DNA of 64,000 bases from the sequence record PQ642266; one strand, given 5' to 3'. Under the pieces are notes generated by a model. It was not told the origin of the DNA, did no database searches, and worked only from the letters and a program-made list of their open reading frames with translations. Shown in pieces: positions 39,056-49,608 of the stretch. Origin of the DNA: Shigella phage SH-1. The first letter of the stretch is position 1. The number at the start of each line of letters is the position of its first letter. Position numbers and translations under genes: made by a program.

Positions 39056-40481
39056 AAAATTTTAATTCATTTGCCAAAGCATCTAACTGAGCTCGAGCGG
39101 ATTCGTTTCTTTGATAGCGATTCTGTTCAGCCTGAATCTGCTGTGAACCTGCTACTTCGTTCACTTCAGTTGGAGTAGAATCTTGTTCAATTTCTACCCA
39201 TTTCTGATTTCCTTTTTGAACACCCATCAAAAACTTATTCCATTTATTCTTATCACCGTATCGTGATTTGATTTGCTTAATGAGTTGTTGTTCAGCAGCT
39301 GCTAACTCCTCGGTTTCAATGACCGCAAGCATAAAATCGGCTGTTGCTGGAAGACCGGCAGATTCTGCAATATCGCTCATGTTAACATCAGAAGAATCCC
39401 AAGCTTGCTTACCAACCTGTGCTGCAGTCCAAAGAACAGTTTCGGTTTCAACAGCCAGAGCACGTAATTCCTCTGCGATAGCTTTAACAGTTGTGTAACT
39501 ATTTTCTGAGTAAACCCTGATGCGGCAAGATTTACAAATACCCAGATAGTCAACAATAATGATTGTTGGAACAAAATTCTTCTTGAGCTTTAATTCATTT
39601 AAAAGCGACCGAAATGTATTAGCGTCTGCTCCACCAGTAGGATACTGTTTAACGATTAAACGTCCAAGAGTAGATTTCTCACGCCATTTTTCCATTTTTC
39701 CTTTATATTCAGCGTAAGAAATATGCCCATCATCAATGTCATCAAGAGAAACGTCAAGCATATTAGCATCAATACGTTTAGCACAGACTTCTTCTGCCAT
39801 TTCCATTGAAATGTAAAGAACATTATGACCGAGCTGTAAATAATCTGCTGCCAATGAACACAGACCTAATGACTTACCAACGTTAACACCAGCCATTAAA
39901 ACGTTCAGTGTTCCAGTCTCAGCTCCGCCTTTAGTAATTTTATTTAGAATTTTGAGTTTAAATGGAACCTTACGAGCTTTATTCATATAAGATAGCCAAC
40001 GTGCTTCGTAGTCATCCATCCAATCATGACCAACGTAACTATCAAATGAAATTGATAATGCTTGGCGCATGATGTCAGGAATAGCACCTACATCCGGCAT
40101 TTTCTTATTGCGTTTTTCCGGAGGAAGCTCAGCATTGGTTTGAATTTCAATTATTTTAGATGTGGCGTTAAACATCGCCCTTTGCTGAACATATTTTTCT
40201 GTTTCTTTTACTAACCAGCTGTGGTCTTCCGGAGAATCGGCCAGTTTTGAAATAAGTGTTTTTACACCAGAATATTCTGTTTCAGTAAATGAACTATTTT
40301 CTAACGCAACATTTAACGCATTAATAGATGGAACGCTATGATACTCGTTAACATGAGATTTAATTAATTTGAATGTATTTTTAGCTGGACCACTTTCAAA
40401 ATATTCTGAATCCATATATGGCCAAACTTTTGAAAAATAAGCTTGATCAAATATGAGATGAGAAAGAATAATTTCTACCAC
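39054..40481 (-). CDS. 41: replicative DNA helicase gp41
   Basis: 475 aa DnaB-family helicase with Walker A GVNVGKS; apparent GTG start. Confidence 0.9.
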   Translation of the reverse strand: MVEIILSHLIFDQAYFSKVWPYMDSEYFESGPAKNTFKLIKSHVNEYHSVPSINALNVALENSSFTETEYSGVKTLISKLADSPEDHSWLVKETEKYVQQRAMFNATSKIIEIQTNAELPPEKRNKKMPDVGAIPDIMRQALSISFDSYVGHDWMDDYEARWLSYMNKARKVPFKLKILNKITKGGAETGTLNVLMAGVNVGKSLGLCSLAADYLQLGHNVLYISMEMAEEVCAKRIDANMLDVSLDDIDDGHISYAEYKGKMEKWREKSTLGRLIVKQYPTGGADANTFRSLLNELKLKKNFVPTIIIVDYLGICKSCRIRVYSENSYTTVKAIAEELRALAVETETVLWTAAQVGKQAWDSSDVNMSDIAESAGLPATADFMLAVIETEELAAAEQQLIKQIKSRYGDKNKWNKFLMGVQKGNQKWVEIEQDSTPTEVNEVAGSQQIQAEQNRYQRNESARAQLDALANELKF

Positions 40482-40490
40482 ACTTACTCC

Positions 40491-40853
40491 TTAAAAGAAT
40501 TTAAATTTTTTCTTTGACCTTTTATTAAATGCATCTTGTAGTTGCATTGTAATACATTTTTCTACATGAGGAGCTAACTCAGCTTTTCTTTCTTGGTCAA
40601 GAACAGCAAAGTCCATTACGACTTTTCCATCAACCCAATCTAATTTTGTCACATACACAATGTGTGTAGAACCGTCTTCTAGTTTAATGACAATCTCCTG
40701 GATAACATTTTCCATAGCAGATTTAATTATCTTAAGAGATTCATTAAAAAGACGTTCTTTTCTTTCTTCTTCCCCCTCCGAAGAGGGGGATTCATCGATA
40801 ATTTCTAGATCTAAATCTAAATCATCTTTATTCATTAAATTCTTCCATATCAC
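40491..40853 (-). CDS. 40: gp40-like protein (120 aa)
   Basis: Between uvsX and 41 as T4 gene 40; start uncertain. Confidence 0.5.
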   Translation of the reverse strand: MIWKNLMNKDDLDLDLEIIDESPSSEGEEERKERLFNESLKIIKSAMENVIQEIVIKLEDGSTHIVYVTKLDWVDGKVVMDFAVLDQERKAELAPHVEKCITMQLQDAFNKRSKKKFKFF

Positions 40854-42009
40854 TTAACTGATCTAGGTCAGTTTCTAAATCAGCTGCTGATTTACTTTTA
40901 CTTTCTGGAGATTTAAATTTTTCAACCTTTGAGTTAATCAATTCATCAACTTCAGCTTCAACAATTTCATTACTATCAATAGCACCTAACTGATAAGCGC
41001 GTTTAATAGCATCTCGGAATGGTTGATGCTTAAATAAAGGACCCCAGAATGTAGTGCAATTGGTATCTTTTGCACGCCAAGATTTTTCTTCGCGAATCAT
41101 CTCGCCGGTTTCTTCATCAAGAAATTCACGAGCATACCAACCATTTTTAGGTTTTACTACAAATCCTAATTCAAGAGCCATATCTAACAATCCGGAATAA
41201 GGATCGATGCCACCGTCAAATTTAACATCAATAAAGAATTTACTTTTTTCTTTAACGGTACGAGATTTTTCTACATTTAGAACAAATTGATACCCCTGAA
41301 GATCAGAACCATCTTTAATCTGGCGCTTACCGATAATGAATACAGTATCAGCCGAATACATTACGCCTGTACCACCTGTCATCACGGTTTTACTAAACAT
41401 TTCAATTGTTTCAATTGTATGGTTAACCGCAACGCACGGAATGTTTTTAATACTAAAATAAGGAGTAACAATACGGAATAATGACTTCAGTGATTTAGCA
41501 CGAGTCATATCTGCCACGGATTTTTCATTCAAGGCATCTTCCGTTTCTTTCTTAGAAGCCATATTACCGATTGAGTCGATGAATACAATAACTTTTTCAC
41601 CACGCTCAATAGCTTCAAGCTGATTCACCATATCAATTTTCAGCTGTTCAACTGACTGAATTGGCGTATGAATTACTCGTTCCGGGTCAACTCCCATGGA
41701 TCGCAAATAAGCTGGAGTAATACCAAATTCGCTATCATAGAATAAACAAACCGCATCAGGATATTTGTTCAAATACGCCGCAACCATAGTCAAAGACATA
41801 TTTGATTTAAAGTGTTTAGAAGGACCTGCAAAAATAGTTAAACCAGACTGCATACCACCATCAATCGCGCCGGAAATAGCGATATTGAGCATTGGAATTT
41901 TTGTACGGATTACATCCTTTTCATTAAAGAATTTAGATGTAGTCAGTTCAGCAGTCATTTTAGAAGTGGAAGCTTTAATCAAACGGGATTTTAAATCTGC
42001 AATAGACAT
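40828..42009 (-). CDS. uvsX: RecA-like recombinase UvsX
   Basis: 393 aa; matches T4 UvsX (..DLKSRLIKASTSK.TAELT.SKFFNEKDV.RTKIPM.NIA.SG...). Confidence 0.9.
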   Translation of the reverse strand: MSIADLKSRLIKASTSKMTAELTTSKFFNEKDVIRTKIPMLNIAISGAIDGGMQSGLTIFAGPSKHFKSNMSLTMVAAYLNKYPDAVCLFYDSEFGITPAYLRSMGVDPERVIHTPIQSVEQLKIDMVNQLEAIERGEKVIVFIDSIGNMASKKETEDALNEKSVADMTRAKSLKSLFRIVTPYFSIKNIPCVAVNHTIETIEMFSKTVMTGGTGVMYSADTVFIIGKRQIKDGSDLQGYQFVLNVEKSRTVKEKSKFFIDVKFDGGIDPYSGLLDMALELGFVVKPKNGWYAREFLDEETGEMIREEKSWRAKDTNCTTFWGPLFKHQPFRDAIKRAYQLGAIDSNEIVEAEVDELINSKVEKFKSPESKSKSAADLETDLDQLSDMEEFNE

Positions 42010-42062
42010 TCATTTTTTCCATAGGCATCATTATATTTTCCTCACTGGTTAAAGATAGAGTA

Positions 42063-42089
42063 ATTATAACACAATAAATTTAGGCATTA
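42063..42089 (-). promoter_or_regulatory. possible MotA-type middle promoter for uvsX
   Basis: Minus strand aaTGCCTAAa (one mismatch to MotA box) then about 13 bp then TATAAT. Confidence 0.3.
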
Positions 42090-42929
42090 ATCAACTGCTA
42101 TTGGATGAATAGCATTAAACTTATGAAACACTTCTGATTTTTCTTTGCGCGAAACACACATGCGAAGAACCTTTAATGGCTCGTCTTCTTCACCCAACGA
42201 TTTTCGTTTTTCAATATTAGAAGTTTTCCAACGAGCTTGCTCTGGAAACTCTTTATTGATTTGCTCAAGAGCTCTATTATGTTTTGAATTACTACGAATT
42301 GAACTACATCCGCCTGGAGCTTGTGCTTTTCCAGACACAACCAGATATTTGAACAAAGCCAAATGCGGATAACCTTGGTTAATTAAATTGAGAAATGCAT
42401 ACATATCTTCGCATAAATCAATTTTTCCATACCCAATTTGTTCTGTAGTAAGTTTCCCGAGGTCATACCAAGTATTCGTGAATCCATATGAATTTTCACG
42501 ATAATTACCCCAAGATGAAGTAATTTTAAAAATAGGTAGACGAGCATGACCATGATAATACCCGCAATCCATGGCATCTTCAACGTATTGAATCAATTCA
42601 TAGAACTGTTCACGAGTTAACTGATTAATTTTATCTACGCAGCGACGATCATCTTTCTTTCGCATTGAACTCATACGAATAGTAGTATCATCATCAATCA
42701 TCCAAATTCGTTGACCTGCATACATATCAGTAATTGCTTTACGAGTTCCAGCAATTCCATTAACATCATCAGGAATAGTTATAATTTTAGCCCTAGACCC
42801 GTAAGCGTCATAATAAGCTTTTTCTTCATGTTCACGTACTACAATATGAGGTTCATAATCAGTCGGAAACATATCAAGGGCAGAAACTGCCCCTACGCGT
42901 TGATAGCTTGGAATTACGAATTGAATCAT
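42087..42929 (-). CDS. GT-A fold glycosyltransferase (DxD motif) at the T4 beta-gt locus
   Basis: 280 aa from ATG at 42929 (overlaps gene 42 stop); N-terminal FVIPSYQR and IWMIDDD DxD motif; not the T4 beta-gt sequence. Confidence 0.6.
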   Translation of the reverse strand: MIQFVIPSYQRVGAVSALDMFPTDYEPHIVVREHEEKAYYDAYGSRAKIITIPDDVNGIAGTRKAITDMYAGQRIWMIDDDTTIRMSSMRKKDDRRCVDKINQLTREQFYELIQYVEDAMDCGYYHGHARLPIFKITSSWGNYRENSYGFTNTWYDLGKLTTEQIGYGKIDLCEDMYAFLNLINQGYPHLALFKYLVVSGKAQAPGGCSSIRSNSKHNRALEQINKEFPEQARWKTSNIEKRKSLGEEDEPLKVLRMCVSRKEKSEVFHKFNAIHPIAVD

Positions 42930-43666
42930 TTCCACTCACCGTTATAATCTTTTTTCGCAATATGGGTTTCGCCAGTTTTCCACCAATGGTCAACCAAATA
43001 AAAATGACGGGAATACACATGAAGGCTCCCGACATTCCATATAATGGAACCTGCTTTATACTGACGAGTTGAATCACCTGCATTCAAATCAGATACTAAT
43101 TTATCTAGTACGTATTTTTGCCATGCATAATCATTACGGAATCCGAAGACCACGTCATTTGAACGCATGTTAACCACTGCATTAATTTTCTTATCACGAA
43201 TCAGGTACTGTACTGTATTAGTACACATGAAATCTGACATGCCATCTTTATTGTAGTCAAATTGCATGGATGGACGAGTATAAATCATGATACCACGTCG
43301 AGAATCAGGATTTTGACCAAGTTCAGCTAAACACATGTCATACTGGGCATAGTTATCTTCTGACCAGATGGCCCAACCATAATTCGAGTTAATTTCGCCT
43401 TTAGAAGATGCTACCTGCTGCCAAATCTTTGGTGTTTCACCTGGAATATCTTTAACAAACAGACTTTGAGACTTATACCATTCAAGTTCACGCTGAATGT
43501 ATTCATCATTAAGAGCGCCAAAAATAAAAGGTTCATCTGCTACAAATGATGCACCAATAATTTCAATAGTTTTAACCCCGGTTTTATCAATTACGAAATC
43601 TTTTTCCTTTAATGCAAGACCCAAATCAAGACGGATTTCTTCAACTGTCATATAATCGTTAATCAT
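42926..43666 (-). CDS. 42: dCMP hydroxymethylase gp42
   Basis: 246 aa; near-identical to T4 gp42 (..TVEEIRL.LGLALKEKDFV.DKTGVKTIEIIGASFVADEP...). Confidence 0.9.
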   Translation of the reverse strand: MINDYMTVEEIRLDLGLALKEKDFVIDKTGVKTIEIIGASFVADEPFIFGALNDEYIQRELEWYKSQSLFVKDIPGETPKIWQQVASSKGEINSNYGWAIWSEDNYAQYDMCLAELGQNPDSRRGIMIYTRPSMQFDYNKDGMSDFMCTNTVQYLIRDKKINAVVNMRSNDVVFGFRNDYAWQKYVLDKLVSDLNAGDSTRQYKAGSIIWNVGSLHVYSRHFYLVDHWWKTGETHIAKKDYNGEWK

Positions 43667-43819
43667 TTAAACCTCAATTGATGCATTCATATTTAATTTG
43701 TAACAGTAATAAACTCCAACCTATAATAAGTGGCGGAATCATAAGAGGAACTGTTACGCTATAATATATACTTATTATAATCATCAAGATTAAAAGCAAT
43801 ACTGCTAAAATTTTGCTTT

Positions 43820-44071
43820 TCATTCCTTCTCTCTGATGATAATTACTTGATTTTGCTGTACAGATTTTTTAGTTTCACCCGCAATTGACCAAATAAATGT
43901 AATAAACCAACCAATGATTGACCAGTTAAACAGTAAAGATGTGAAAAAGATTCCTACTGTCGATTTTGACCCACGCATCAAGGCGATGAACCATGGAAGC
44001 ATGTATATAATAATAGCCAACACGCCTGAAACTAAAACCATAAAAATTGAACCTGCTACTAAAGTTTCCAT
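43820..44071 (-). CDS. imm: superinfection immunity protein Imm
   Basis: 83 aa two-TM protein between 42 and 43. Confidence 0.7.
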   Translation of the reverse strand: METLVAGSIFMVLVSGVLAIIIYMLPWFIALMRGSKSTVGIFFTSLLFNWSIIGWFITFIWSIAGETKKSVQQNQVIIIREKE

Positions 44072-44078
44072 ATTTTCC

Positions 44079-44459
44079 TCACTTAGTCAAATTTTTTACA
44101 CATGAATTATAAGAATTCACTACATACTCCATCGGAGCATTTTTACCAGTACGCCATTGGTAATTATTAGCCCAATTAGCCCAAAGCTCAGCGCAGTAGT
44201 TTTCAATTTTTTCTTCGCGTGTAATTACATCTGAATTACGATATGCTTGAGCAGATTCATCTGGACGAATAGCTTCGTCAAAATTCGCTTGCATTTGTTC
44301 TACTGTCTGTTTTGGAGCCTCTTTATAGCACTTGACGTTAGGATTATAAAATTTGCTTGAACAGTTTACAATTTTTCCTACATCAGACTGATTTACTACC
44401 GGTCCTTGAGCTACACAGCCAGTAAGACCCAATGCAATAACCAAAATAGCGATTTTCAT
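44079..44459 (-). CDS. putative lipoprotein (126 aa), imm.1 position
   Basis: MKIAILVIALGLTGC signal peptide with LTGC lipobox. Confidence 0.55.
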   Translation of the reverse strand: MKIAILVIALGLTGCVAQGPVVNQSDVGKIVNCSSKFYNPNVKCYKEAPKQTVEQMQANFDEAIRPDESAQAYRNSDVITREEKIENYCAELWANWANNYQWRTGKNAPMEYVVNSYNSCVKNLTK

Positions 44460-44469
44460 AATAATTTCC

Positions 44470-44706
44470 TCAAATACAAGTAGTAATTACTCCAGTAGTG
44501 CTTACACAGGTATTACCTAATTGAACACCCAGCGTTCCATTAGTATTCATATGAAGATTATCATCAATTTTTGTTGATACTTTACCATTCATGTGAATAA
44601 TAGTATTAGATTCAATCACATTCTGAGTGTCATTTTCAATATCAATAAATGGAACAGTTGCTAATGCAACTAAACACACTGCTAAACAACCATAAACAAT
44701 TTTCAT
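44470..44706 (-). CDS. small secreted protein (78 aa)
   Basis: MKIVYGCLAVCLVALATVPF signal-like N-terminus; ATG at 44706 with GGAGAATAAA. Confidence 0.45.
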   Translation of the reverse strand: MKIVYGCLAVCLVALATVPFIDIENDTQNVIESNTIIHMNGKVSTKIDDNLHMNTNGTLGVQLGNTCVSTTGVITTCI

Positions 44707-44740
44707 TTTATTCTCCAAATCCGTATCAGTTGATAGTTGT

Positions 44741-44770
44741 ATAGTACCATGGAAGAACGGGAATGTAAAC
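44741..44770 (-). promoter_or_regulatory. sigma70-type early promoter
   Basis: Minus strand GTTTACA, 18 bp, TGgTACTAT; shares leader sequence with promoters at 14908 and 18773. Confidence 0.6.
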
Positions 44771-44852
44771 AGTTTTGTGAAAAAATTTTTAATGAATTTA
44801 CAGGACCTAGAATCATCTATTTTTCCTAAGTATAGATTTATATTACTTGTAT

Positions 44853-44875
44853 GAAAAAGGGACCCGGAGGTCCCT
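44853..44875 (-). terminator. intrinsic terminator downstream of gene 43
   Basis: Minus strand AGGGACC-TCCG-GGTCCCT hairpin then TTTTT. Confidence 0.65.
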
Positions 44876-44887
44876 AGATTTATTCTA

Positions 44888-47584
44888 TCAGCCAAACAGG
44901 AAGTCTAACGAAGCTTTTTCTTCATAGTCCATACCCGCCGATTCACACATACCCGCAAGCGGTTTAACAAACGATTTTTGGAACAAAGTTGAGTAGTCAA
45001 TCCAAGATAGTACGTCAGAACGAATTTCTTTTGGAAGTTCCGTACCCGATGGCCAAGCAATACACTTGTCACCAAATGGATTTCCCTCACGTAACGGAAG
45101 AACCATTACCTTATTTCCATCCAAAATTGGAGCTACACCTAAACCGCTAACAGCTCGACGATAAGTTAGCACCCCACGAATATGGAACGGACATTTAAAT
45201 CCTGGCCAACCTTTATCATCATATTTCGCTATATCGTTCGCAGTTTTTACTTCAGCAATAACTTTATAATCAAGTTGACGATATTCTTTCTCAAAGTTCT
45301 TGTAGTATTCTTGGACAGACTCTTCGCCTTCCTGAAGAATACGACGAATACTTTCTTCGAGAGCTTCTTGTACTGCTTTTGGTGTTGAACTCTGCTGAGT
45401 TTCCATACCCATGATTTTTAGATGTGGTTCAGCAAATCGCTTATCTTCCATATCATAAACGTTCAGAGCATAACGTTTTTTCGCTTTCCAAAATCCACCA
45501 ACACCCTTTGAACCAAGTGGAGGACAAGAAATAGCTTCACGGTCCATATGCATCAGATGCTCGCGGTTATTCATATAATCACATAACTCACGATATGCAA
45601 CATCAATCATAGGTTCCATCTTTTTCTTACCAAACTGATTCATGAATTCAACTAAATCATTTTGTTCTTTAAAGCGGTCAAGACCTACTTTTTCAATTAC
45701 TTTATCTACACAAACATATACCGAATCAGTATCACCCGCGGCGATGAAATCTTCACCATCAGTTCCACATACTTTATTCAGATATTCATTAATTTTACGA
45801 GCAATCCACTGAATACCAACTTGACCAAAAATTGTGATAGCAGTAGCATTTCGCAAATCATAGTAACGGAAATGAATATTACCAAGAGCACCATAAAGAC
45901 TGTTAATAAGAATTTTACGGTTCAGCTGATTTGTGTTAGCAAGTGTAGCTGCTTTTTCACATTCTTCGATCAGACTATTGAGAACAGATTCAGTGTAATT
46001 CGATAATTCGTTTAAGAAATCATCACTGAACTTAACATATCGTTCAACTTCCGGTTTAGTTGAGCAAGACCCCGCGCCTTTCATAATAATCTTTTTAATA
46101 GCTTCGGCATTCATTTCTTCAGCGAACATTTTCTTTTTCCAATCTTTACGCTGGAAAAATACTTTAGCGATTTCCTTTGGAATGATACCTTCTTGGTGCT
46201 TATCATACATCCATCCATTCGGAGAGCAAGAATATTCATCACTTGGCTTAGGAGCTGTTCCTGCGATATATTCATGAATTGGATGAACTTTAAACTGCCC
46301 ACGAATAGTCTCAGGACTAATGTTAACCTGACGAATAATGCTAGGATACAGAGATGTCAAGTCAAAACTCATAATGTATCGACGAGCAATCGGTTTAGGT
46401 TCAAATACAAATGCACCTGGAAAACTCTGTTTAACGTGCGAACCTTGTTGAGGAATAACCTTATGTTCACCTTTCAATGAGTTAAAAATAATAGCATCCC
46501 AAGTTTTAATAGGACTCATTACACCAGAAAAAGGCATTTTAGCGTAATAAGACATACTTAAAACTAGATCGATAAACCCACGAATTTTATCAATTGCTTG
46601 AACTGATTCTACGTCAATGATGTTATAACTAATGTATCGTTGATGATTAGTCTCACGAAGTTTATTAATAGGACCATCGTACGGCAATTTACCTTTTTTG
46701 GTTTCGTGCTGAGCAACTGATTCCAAAGAGAATGATGGCAAATTAGTAAATGCGAATTTCTTGTACAAATCTAAATAATCAAGAATAGACACGCCATCAA
46801 TAGAATAAATTTCTTTGCTACCGTACATATTTTGAATTAGTTTAGATTTTACTCGACCGATTGGGGAGAAGCGTTTCATACTGCGTTCGCCCAGAACCAT
46901 TTTAACGCGATTCATGATATACGGAACGTCAAATCCCTCAATATTCCAACCGGTAAAAATAGCAGGTCGTTTCTGTTCCCAGAGATTAATATATTCCATG
47001 AGCATATCACGCTCATTATCGAATGGCATATAAATTACTCGGTCAAGAATTTCTTGAGGAACTTCATCACCACCTTCACAGTCAAGCTTAGCAGCTAACT
47101 TTGCATCCCATTTTGATACTGAACCGTACATTGAATTCAACAAATCAAAGACGTAAAAACGGTCGTCAATTGAATCATAATGAGTGATAGCATCAATTTC
47201 ATATTCTGCTTTCATTGGGTCAGGAAATTTATCGCCAGTAACCTCAATGTCACAGTTAGCTACACGAACAAATTTTCGGTCATAAACAATTTCTGAACCA
47301 TATGTATCACTGATATAAGCGAGTTTAAAATCGTTCATACCGAGAGCTTCGAGACCGATGTCTTCCATTCGTTTCATCCAGTCTCGTGCATCTTTCATTG
47401 ATGGAAATTTTTGAGGAGCGCAATTTTTACCGTAAATGTCTTTGTACTTTGACTCTTCCTTACAATGCCTAAACATAGTCGGAAGATATTCTACTTCACG
47501 AGTACGTTCCTTTCCGTTTTCATCAATATAACGCTCAACAATGTTATTTCCGACTGTTTCGATAGAGATATAAAATTCTTTCAT
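44888..47584 (-). CDS. 43: DNA polymerase gp43 (family B)
   Basis: 898 aa, same length as T4 gp43; exonuclease and polymerase motifs. Confidence 0.95.
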   Translation of the reverse strand: MKEFYISIETVGNNIVERYIDENGKERTREVEYLPTMFRHCKEESKYKDIYGKNCAPQKFPSMKDARDWMKRMEDIGLEALGMNDFKLAYISDTYGSEIVYDRKFVRVANCDIEVTGDKFPDPMKAEYEIDAITHYDSIDDRFYVFDLLNSMYGSVSKWDAKLAAKLDCEGGDEVPQEILDRVIYMPFDNERDMLMEYINLWEQKRPAIFTGWNIEGFDVPYIMNRVKMVLGERSMKRFSPIGRVKSKLIQNMYGSKEIYSIDGVSILDYLDLYKKFAFTNLPSFSLESVAQHETKKGKLPYDGPINKLRETNHQRYISYNIIDVESVQAIDKIRGFIDLVLSMSYYAKMPFSGVMSPIKTWDAIIFNSLKGEHKVIPQQGSHVKQSFPGAFVFEPKPIARRYIMSFDLTSLYPSIIRQVNISPETIRGQFKVHPIHEYIAGTAPKPSDEYSCSPNGWMYDKHQEGIIPKEIAKVFFQRKDWKKKMFAEEMNAEAIKKIIMKGAGSCSTKPEVERYVKFSDDFLNELSNYTESVLNSLIEECEKAATLANTNQLNRKILINSLYGALGNIHFRYYDLRNATAITIFGQVGIQWIARKINEYLNKVCGTDGEDFIAAGDTDSVYVCVDKVIEKVGLDRFKEQNDLVEFMNQFGKKKMEPMIDVAYRELCDYMNNREHLMHMDREAISCPPLGSKGVGGFWKAKKRYALNVYDMEDKRFAEPHLKIMGMETQQSSTPKAVQEALEESIRRILQEGEESVQEYYKNFEKEYRQLDYKVIAEVKTANDIAKYDDKGWPGFKCPFHIRGVLTYRRAVSGLGVAPILDGNKVMVLPLREGNPFGDKCIAWPSGTELPKEIRSDVLSWIDYSTLFQKSFVKPLAGMCESAGMDYEEKASLDFLFG

Positions 47585-47644
47585 AGATATTCCTTAGTTT
47601 ATAGCCCGAGTTATTAGGCTCTTGATATATTATACTCCAAATAA

Positions 47645-47658
47645 GGGGCCGAAGCCCC
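47645..47658 (-). other. GGGGCCGAAGCCCC RNA stem-loop between regA and 43
   Basis: Member of the GGGCCGAAGCCC hairpin family. Confidence 0.5.
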
Positions 47659-47662
47659 TTGC

Positions 47663-48031
47663 TTAATTACCAATCGTATATTTAGGAACGAGTTTCCATT
47701 CATGTTTTTGTTTAAAAGAAATAACGCGGAAGTTATTAGTTAAATCTTTCATAAAAGTTCTTTGACCAGGAACGATTTCAATCAGTCCCCAATCTTCTAA
47801 CAGCCATGCAATTGAATCACGACGAACTTCATCTTCTTCTGTCATTTCAACTTGACGACCATCCATACGAAGCATTTCTTTAAAATGAACGATATAGTAT
47901 AGTCCTTTTTTCTGAAGAATGTGGCAGGACTGATATAGAACTTTATCTTTATTATTAGCAATTCCCATGCGAGTCAAAGTTTCTTTTACTTTCAGAAAAT
48001 CTTCAGGTTTTTTAAGAGTAATTTCAATCAT
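47663..48031 (-). CDS. regA: translational repressor RegA
   Basis: 122 aa, size and position of T4 regA. Confidence 0.85.
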   Translation of the reverse strand: MIEITLKKPEDFLKVKETLTRMGIANNKDKVLYQSCHILQKKGLYYIVHFKEMLRMDGRQVEMTEEDEVRRDSIAWLLEDWGLIEIVPGQRTFMKDLTNNFRVISFKQKHEWKLVPKYTIGN

Positions 48032-48032
48032 T

Positions 48033-48596
48033 TTACCATTCCAATGCTAGTTTTTTGAGTTGTTTCTGTTCTTTTACATTCTTAGTCACTTCTTTTAAAA
48101 AATCATCCGTGACTAAACCTTTTAGTTCTTTTAATACTAAAGGAAGTTTTCCATTTTTAGTAAGAATTGATTTATAGTTAATTGCATCATTTGTATTAAC
48201 TTGATACCGCTTAGCAAGTAACTTAATAATCAATACTTCGGTAGAATCTTCAACCAGTTTTGCCCATTTACCATATCTTTTACCCCGAGGAACAGCAGCC
48301 ATTAGATAATTAAAATGGGCTTCATCGCTTAAACCAGATCCAATTAAATTCATAACATATACAGCTGGCATGCATTCAGGAAATTGTGATAATGCATTCT
48401 CAACCATGTATTTTGAATAATCTTTTTGAGCAATAGAGCATTTAGTTTTATTATTAATAGCTCCAATTATTTCAAAAAACTCATTTTCAGCTTTTTCTTT
48501 AAAAGAATCAGCAGCAGATTGGACAGCTGTCCAATCTTTTGAATACCAAGCAACTTGATGCTCGTTTAATTGAATATCATCTTCAAATAAGCTCAT
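48033..48596 (-). CDS. 62: clamp loader small subunit gp62
   Basis: 187 aa between regA and gene 44. Confidence 0.85.
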   Translation of the reverse strand: MSLFEDDIQLNEHQVAWYSKDWTAVQSAADSFKEKAENEFFEIIGAINNKTKCSIAQKDYSKYMVENALSQFPECMPAVYVMNLIGSGLSDEAHFNYLMAAVPRGKRYGKWAKLVEDSTEVLIIKLLAKRYQVNTNDAINYKSILTKNGKLPLVLKELKGLVTDDFLKEVTKNVKEQKQLKKLALEW

Positions 48597-48597
48597 A

Positions 48598-49557
48598 TCA
48601 CTTCCACTGCATTTCGCATGCCAATTGAATGAAAAGATATGCTAAATGCAATTCCGTATTAGCCGCAATTCCGTGATACTGGTTATTTTCACCAACAATT
48701 TCATACATACGAATAATACTTTGTGGAGTTACGCGTGTATAGATTTCTTCGGCAAGTTTACCTACGAACCACGAATAATCAGCTGCATATTTTGGTGCTA
48801 AAGCTCTGAGCTGTTTAACATCTTTATTTTTGAGAGACTCAAGAACATCATCAATAGCACCACGATCGTTAGTAACCAGTGATAAAATACCAGCATCCAA
48901 AACACCTTTAGATGAATAACTATCGAGCTCACCAATAGTTTTACGAAAATCAGGAAAATTCTTTTTAACCAAAGCTGCTACAACTTTCATATCAGCTATA
49001 GCAATTCCTTCATGCTTACAGATTTCAGTCAATCGACGAATCATCTGCTTCATCATTTCAATTTTATCTTCATCGGTCGGTTGACCGAACGTAATAACTC
49101 GGCAGCGTGACTGAAGCGGTTTAATAATACCATCAATATTGTTAGCAGTAATAATAATACTGCAGTTTGAACTATAAGCTTCCATAAAGGAACGAAGATG
49201 TCGCTGAGACTCTGCTAGCCCTGAGCGGTCAAATTCATCAATAACAATTACTTTTTGACGACCATCAAATGAAGCTGCACTAGCAAAATTAGTCAAAGGA
49301 CCACGAACGAAATCAATTTTACAATCTGACCCATTCACAAACATCATATCAGCATTTACATCATGACACAATGCTTTCGCTACGGTTGTTTTACCTGTTC
49401 CTGGAGAAGGAGAATGAAGAATAATATGTGGAATCTTACCTTTACTTGTAATAGATTTAAAGGTTTCTTTATCAAAGGCGGGAAGAATACATTCATCGAT
49501 AGTAGATGGACGATATTTCTGTTCAAGAATGTGTTCTTTTTCATTTACAGTAATCAT
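48598..49557 (-). CDS. 44: clamp loader ATPase gp44
   Basis: 319 aa from [22 protein letters not shown]; Walker [11 protein letters not shown]; track ORF begins at upstream TTG. Confidence 0.9.
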   Translation of the reverse strand: MITVNEKEHILEQKYRPSTIDECILPAFDKETFKSITSKGKIPHIILHSPSPGTGKTTVAKALCHDVNADMMFVNGSDCKIDFVRGPLTNFASAASFDGRQKVIVIDEFDRSGLAESQRHLRSFMEAYSSNCSIIITANNIDGIIKPLQSRCRVITFGQPTDEDKIEMMKQMIRRLTEICKHEGIAIADMKVVAALVKKNFPDFRKTIGELDSYSSKGVLDAGILSLVTNDRGAIDDVLESLKNKDVKQLRALAPKYAADYSWFVGKLAEEIYTRVTPQSIIRMYEIVGENNQYHGIAANTELHLAYLFIQLACEMQWK

Positions 49558-49608
49558 AATTTCCTCATTCAAGTTTTAGTGTAAATTATAAAGGGCCGAA
49601 GCCCTCTA

